Source: Penicillus capitatus
Lineage: Eukaryota; Plantae; Chlorophyta
Assembly (NCBI GenBank): GCA_965649825.1
Contig: OZ287705.1
Span: 768,314 to 832,313, forward strand
Reading direction: 5' to 3'
Length of the DNA stretch: 64,000 nucleotides
The translations under genes were made by a program, and so were the position numbers. How positions within the stretch are numbered: the first letter of the stretch is position 1; the number at the start of each line of letters is the position of its first letter. The notes beneath the pieces are model-generated. The model saw only the letters and a list, made by a program, of their open reading frames with translations. It made no database searches and had not been told where the DNA came from. Positions 59,537 to 64,000 of the stretch are shown piece by piece.

Positions 59537-61449
59537 TTATTGCCAGGCTTGCACGCTGTTTAGATGAAAGCGCCCCTCTCCAAACCATTCTATCACGAGT
59601 TTCCATTCCACGTCTTTAGGCAAGGCCGAGATTTCATGCTCCACAAAATCCTGATTCTCTGAACCCTGCCCTCTTGGAAAACGAAAATGTAAGCTTCCTG
59701 CTTCAACATTTAACACCAGCTACAAGCGCAATCGTCAGAATGTCGATGGAGGAGGAGGAGATAGGTAGGTATCGTGGAATCACACACCTGAATGTTTGTG
59801 CCTGTCCTAAAAGGTTCATCAGCAGAGAGGCAATGTGGAATGCCATGTCGGAAGCATTCTCCTTCGTTGCTCCATCCATGGGATGTTCCACACTCCGATA
59901 CTGATTCTTGGCTGCCCACTTCGGTATTTTTGCCGACGATTCCAATGTAACACCAGCCACTTAGTTGCTCACAAGTCACATCAAAGCAAGCAATTCCGTT
60001 GGCGACGCTATCCGCGCTGAACACGTAGCTTCTACCGGCTCCCGACACCGAACATGCAGTACTGTCTGAAATCAGTTCCACATTCTCCCCTTTAAGCGTT
60101 GGACAGAAATTTTGAAGCCTTTGATGATTCTCACTGGTCGGATCACAATTGATTGGATACTTGTCTGTGAACTTACATCCGCAAGATGCTGCTTGTTTGT
60201 GAGACGGTGTCAGCTTGGGAGAGCGATGTGACCACTTCCCAAATGTCTTCGTTCTTTGACACAGTGATTGCCGACGAGATCTAGTAACTCTTTCACTCTT
60301 CTTGGATTTCTTCTTACAGAATAATCCGATCAACTTATCCAGTGCTGATGTCTTGGGAGATGGATGCACTGAGTCGATGGGCTTCAGGGGTTTACTGAAA
60401 TGTGGCGAGCTGTTCAGATTCAGCACGACATCTGTTTTTAATCCCCTGCTTGCGTACGCATGAACACGCGTTGAATACGGTTCTCCGTCTGTCCCAAAAT
60501 GATGATGACCATGACCCCCAGCCGATAACTCCCCCTGTCCGCTCCCTTCTGACGTAAAGCTGTCACTTGGCTCAATCTGGAAAGCACTGACTTCTGGAAT
60601 CGGCAATCCACTGATTTCACATCTGTTATTGCCATGAGCGAAATCAGAAGGCGCCATCATTTGAGTTCTCGCGATCGTCGTATCAGAGGTTTCCATGAGT
60701 AATGGTGTGCGTATGGGCGACACAGAATAGTGTTCTCTGTCTGGAGAGTATGCTTTCTGTGACTCAGCACAGTAATCTGGTGAATGATCCATTCCGCTGC
60801 GGGAGGATTCATAGAACATGTCTCTGGAGGAAGGTATCTGTTCAGAAGGCGATTTGCGTGAATCGGGTGTGCCCAAACTGAGTCCAGATGCTGGCGAATG
60901 TCGATTCATGAGCGTCTTGGACTCCAATTGCTTCTCTTGGCGTCCTTGCTTTAATGCATTGTGGCAGAACTGAATCTGATACATCTGACAGTGCATTTCT
61001 TCAATACCCTCCTCCATCTCTCGCCGGATCCTTCGCAGTCGCCGAATCGTGTCGTCGATGGATGGCCGGTGTTTCTCGGAGATGAGTTCGGATGTGTATG
61101 TCATAAAAGAACGACCAGACCTGCGTGAAGGTGCGCAGTTGGTTTCCTCGCGAATCGGCTCAACGGTGTTGCAACGATCCAGCATATAGGCATCGTCACA
61201 CCACGGACTAGAGAGTCGTCGCACCTTGTTCGCGTGAATCCCACTGCCTGTCCACGAAACACGACTGTCTAAGGAAATACGTGACATGTGGGTTTCTCCG
61301 GTTGAAGTCGACGGCTCCAAACGACTCCCTTCACGAGACGCGGCTCGTGGAGAATCCGAATCATAATAAAACTCGTCGAAACGCGAAGAATACCCACGTG
61401 ACATCGCAGCACTGCTCGTCCAGCAGGAGAGCTCTTCTAAATGTGTCAT
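59537..61449 (-). CDS. Hypothetical protein with low-complexity N-terminus and C-terminal SPRY/B30.2-like domain, two exons
   Basis: Long ORF 59710-61455 with GWCYIGIVG..HGWSNEG..FRTGTNIQ, spliced to LVLNVEAGSLHF..QAWQ*. Confidence 0.7.
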
Positions 61450-61794
61450 GAACAAACAGAGTTGCCTTGAAAGCAGAGGAATTGAAATACAGAATAACTA
61501 GTGGGGGCTAAGGGACAGCCAAAAGAAGCGGAGAATAGACAAGCTCTATGCGGAGACAACAACGAAGCGCAATGCACAACAACAGGTCTGTGTCGCCAAT
61601 ACTAACGACGGGTGACCCAATCACGTTGCCGTCGCATCACATTAAATGACAGCTTAGTGAAAAGCACTTCTACATCGACCGCACAGTCGTGCGCCTTCTC
61701 TCAGACGAAACCAGATTGCCACCACGACGTGGGAATTAATACACGCGACGCACCGGTTGCGGAACATTAAATCGAGGCTACGTTTCGCACAGAG

Positions 61795-64000
61795 ATGGAT
61801 AGAACGTCGGGTAGGGCGCTGCGGGAGCTTGACTAAAATGCAGCTGTTGCCGAGTGTTGTCTGTCAACGCTGCTGTGCTTCACGTTGTCTGTGGACGCGT
61901 CTCACACTGTTTGTGCGCCGTAGGTTTCAAAGAGAAGAAAGAGAGAAAAAGTCCCTTCTACAAGGACCCATTCAAACTAAGTGCTACATTCCTCCTGTTC
62001 TTGCTTGATGTGACAGGCACTGTATTGAACAGTGAAGAACTTGCGGGGAAGAGTAAAAGGAACAAAGACGACAGGAGATGATCCACAACAACCACCAACA
62101 GAACAGAAATCTCCCTTGTTGCACAAAAATCTCTCCAGCGATACTCTGCCAGTACAAGAGACAGTCATGATGCGTCCGCACAACTACGAAGCTCCTCCAC
62201 AACGATGTAGAATATCAAGCAACACTGATGTGCCACAATGCGAGCGAATGGCTGCCTAGATGGCGACGTGGATGTACGGCATCCACACGAACCACCACCG
62301 ATGATCATTAAGATGTCCAATGGAAAAACGGTGGATCATCCTGATGCATACAAGACACATGGACCGGCAGAGTTCTCGACTTCGCCACCCTCTGCATCTC
62401 CATGGAGTCCTTCGGCCAGTGGATATCACAATGGGCCTTTTCCTCGGTACTGTTCTCGGGAAAGAGATTTTAAACAAAAATTTGGACGAATGATTAGGCC
62501 AACAGATCGCCGACCTGGGTACGGAGCATCGCCCTATCCGTCTCCATGGACAGAAAACGACCCACCAGAAATCAAGAGACCTGTCGAAGTCTGCCGTCGA
62601 TTGATGGGTTTTATGGCGACTGACTGTGTTATGGGTGAACAGAGTGCACAGCAGACAGCAACTTACGACAGTTTGCTGAGAGAAGCCCAAACCCTCCGGC
62701 GCGATTTGGAAAAAGAATTTAATCTGAATCGTGGATCTAAGGTTTTTTTGTATGGTGTTCTGAGGCATGGGTGCTTACCAATTGCTTTTGACAGGAGGAG
62801 GTGACTCAGCAGATAACGGTGACCAAAATCAAAATCGCAGAGGTTCAGAAAACGAAGCCCTCTGCAGAAATGTACGATGAAATAATCGTCACTCTTTCGC
62901 AAGAACTCACTGACCTGGAGAAGAAAGTCAAAGAAGTCCGTCCAACAAAGCTCTATCTGCTCATTCTTTTTGGCAACATATGTACGTGTGTGTAGATTGA
63001 GGCGCGTATGTATCCGTTAGACCGGGCCATCTCTGATCTGAAAGACGTCGAGGATTTTATTACCGATCGCGAACTCGACAGCGATGGCGCCGCAATGTTG
63101 TTTGGAGAGATCATGAAGAAGATGTTCGATGATATAAACGTCAGTGGACATGTTTTAACTGGAGAGGCTGCATCTGCTGGTCAGCTGCCCCGGAATGTGC
63201 TGGATGAAATGAAGGTACCCTATTGCCCACTTCTACGTGCAACATAGATACTGGATCTGTTACCTGTCGGCGTAGGGCAAGATGTTGACTGGAGGTCTCA
63301 AGAAGACGGATGAGGGGAGGAGCGCATTTGATCAGGAAGCTGCTGACTGGGTAGAATTCGACACACGAGAGAAACTGACGTCCACTGATGGGTATGAGGA
63401 AAGCAATTTCCGCAAGAGAAGGAACAAGGCTAACTTTCAAAGAGCCTCAAGAAAACTCAGCAATATAACGGAATTCACACAAAGTCGACGGAATCCAGGA
63501 CGAACAGAGGCATTCAAATTTGTCGCCTTTGACCGAGCAGATGCGTTCAGACATGTAGACTACGTTCCAGGTCCAGACGTAGGTGGCAAAGGAATCATGA
63601 TGCCAGCAGCATTGTCTGTCACTTCGGAACAAAAGAGTATGGAAGATGCCCTTGAACAAATGGGTGTTGAGGCATGGATGGGGCTAAATCAGGGAACGGG
63701 TATGACGCCTGCCCCGTCAGAAGTGCCAGAAAGCATGAAGAGCTCCAAAAGCGTTGCAGATTTACAGGCCTTGGAACAGTTTCCAGGTTCTGCTGTGGAT
63801 GCCAGTGTTTCTGACAAGGAAGGTCTCTCAAAGAGCATTCCACATACATCGTCACAAGATTCCAAATATTCGACTGAGAACGCCTCTGAAAGGATGCGAA
63901 TCTCACCCGTGGGTAGTGGAGAAGGGAAACCGCCACTTGGAGTGAGAAGACCTATCCACTCAGCTGAAATCCAAACAGACACACATAAAGAGGCTTCAAG
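61795..64000 (+). CDS. Hypothetical multi-exon coiled-coil protein, truncated by the window end
   Basis: ATG 61795. Phase-consistent 52-62 nt introns link open frames. The final frame (GKMLTGGLKK...) stays open to 64000. Confidence 0.65.

Noticed and set aside
1-64000. Telomeric repeats, transposase/RT/integrase genes, or a non-standard (TAR=Gln) genetic code
   Set aside because: No TTTAGGG or TTAGGG tracts and no TE domains recognised. Conserved proteins end at TAA/TAG at family-typical C-termini and are uninterrupted under the standard code.

Overview
Eukaryotic nuclear DNA from a compact-genome, flagellated-stage green alga. Evidence: Chlorophyta-type LHCA3 and PACRG N-termini, standard genetic code, introns mostly 45-66 nt. 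A siphonous Bryopsidales alga would fit but is unverified. Bases 1-13230 are a GC-rich (~64% in monomer 1) tandem satellite of 40 complete 329-bp monomers plus a 70-bp partial copy. It has no net length change between monomers, invariant blocks alternating with shuffled variant modules, and nested block duplications at 12-, 7- and 4-monomer offsets. It is a centromere or knob candidate. After a ~1.4-kb AT-richer spacer comes a very dense gene array: DNAI7/CASC1, ATG101, a kinesin-14 with degenerate ATPase motifs, DHX8/PRP22, GYRB, DCAF7, ALDH6, squalene synthase, homoserine kinase, TOC64-like, WEX-like exonuclease, CXIP4, a PXA-PX nexin, three orphans, LHCA3, TEX2-like, TRAPPC11, NEET, CFAP45, PACRG, a SPRY protein and a partial orphan. 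The most notable signals are the satellite architecture, the 10-65 nt gaps between long genes (possible polycistronic or overlapping transcription), the pseudo-motor kinesin, an exonuclease-HTH fusion without a helicase, and a 51-bp head-to-head pair of axonemal genes. All protein identities come from motif recognition by eye, and exon boundaries were inferred manually. No database searches were run.
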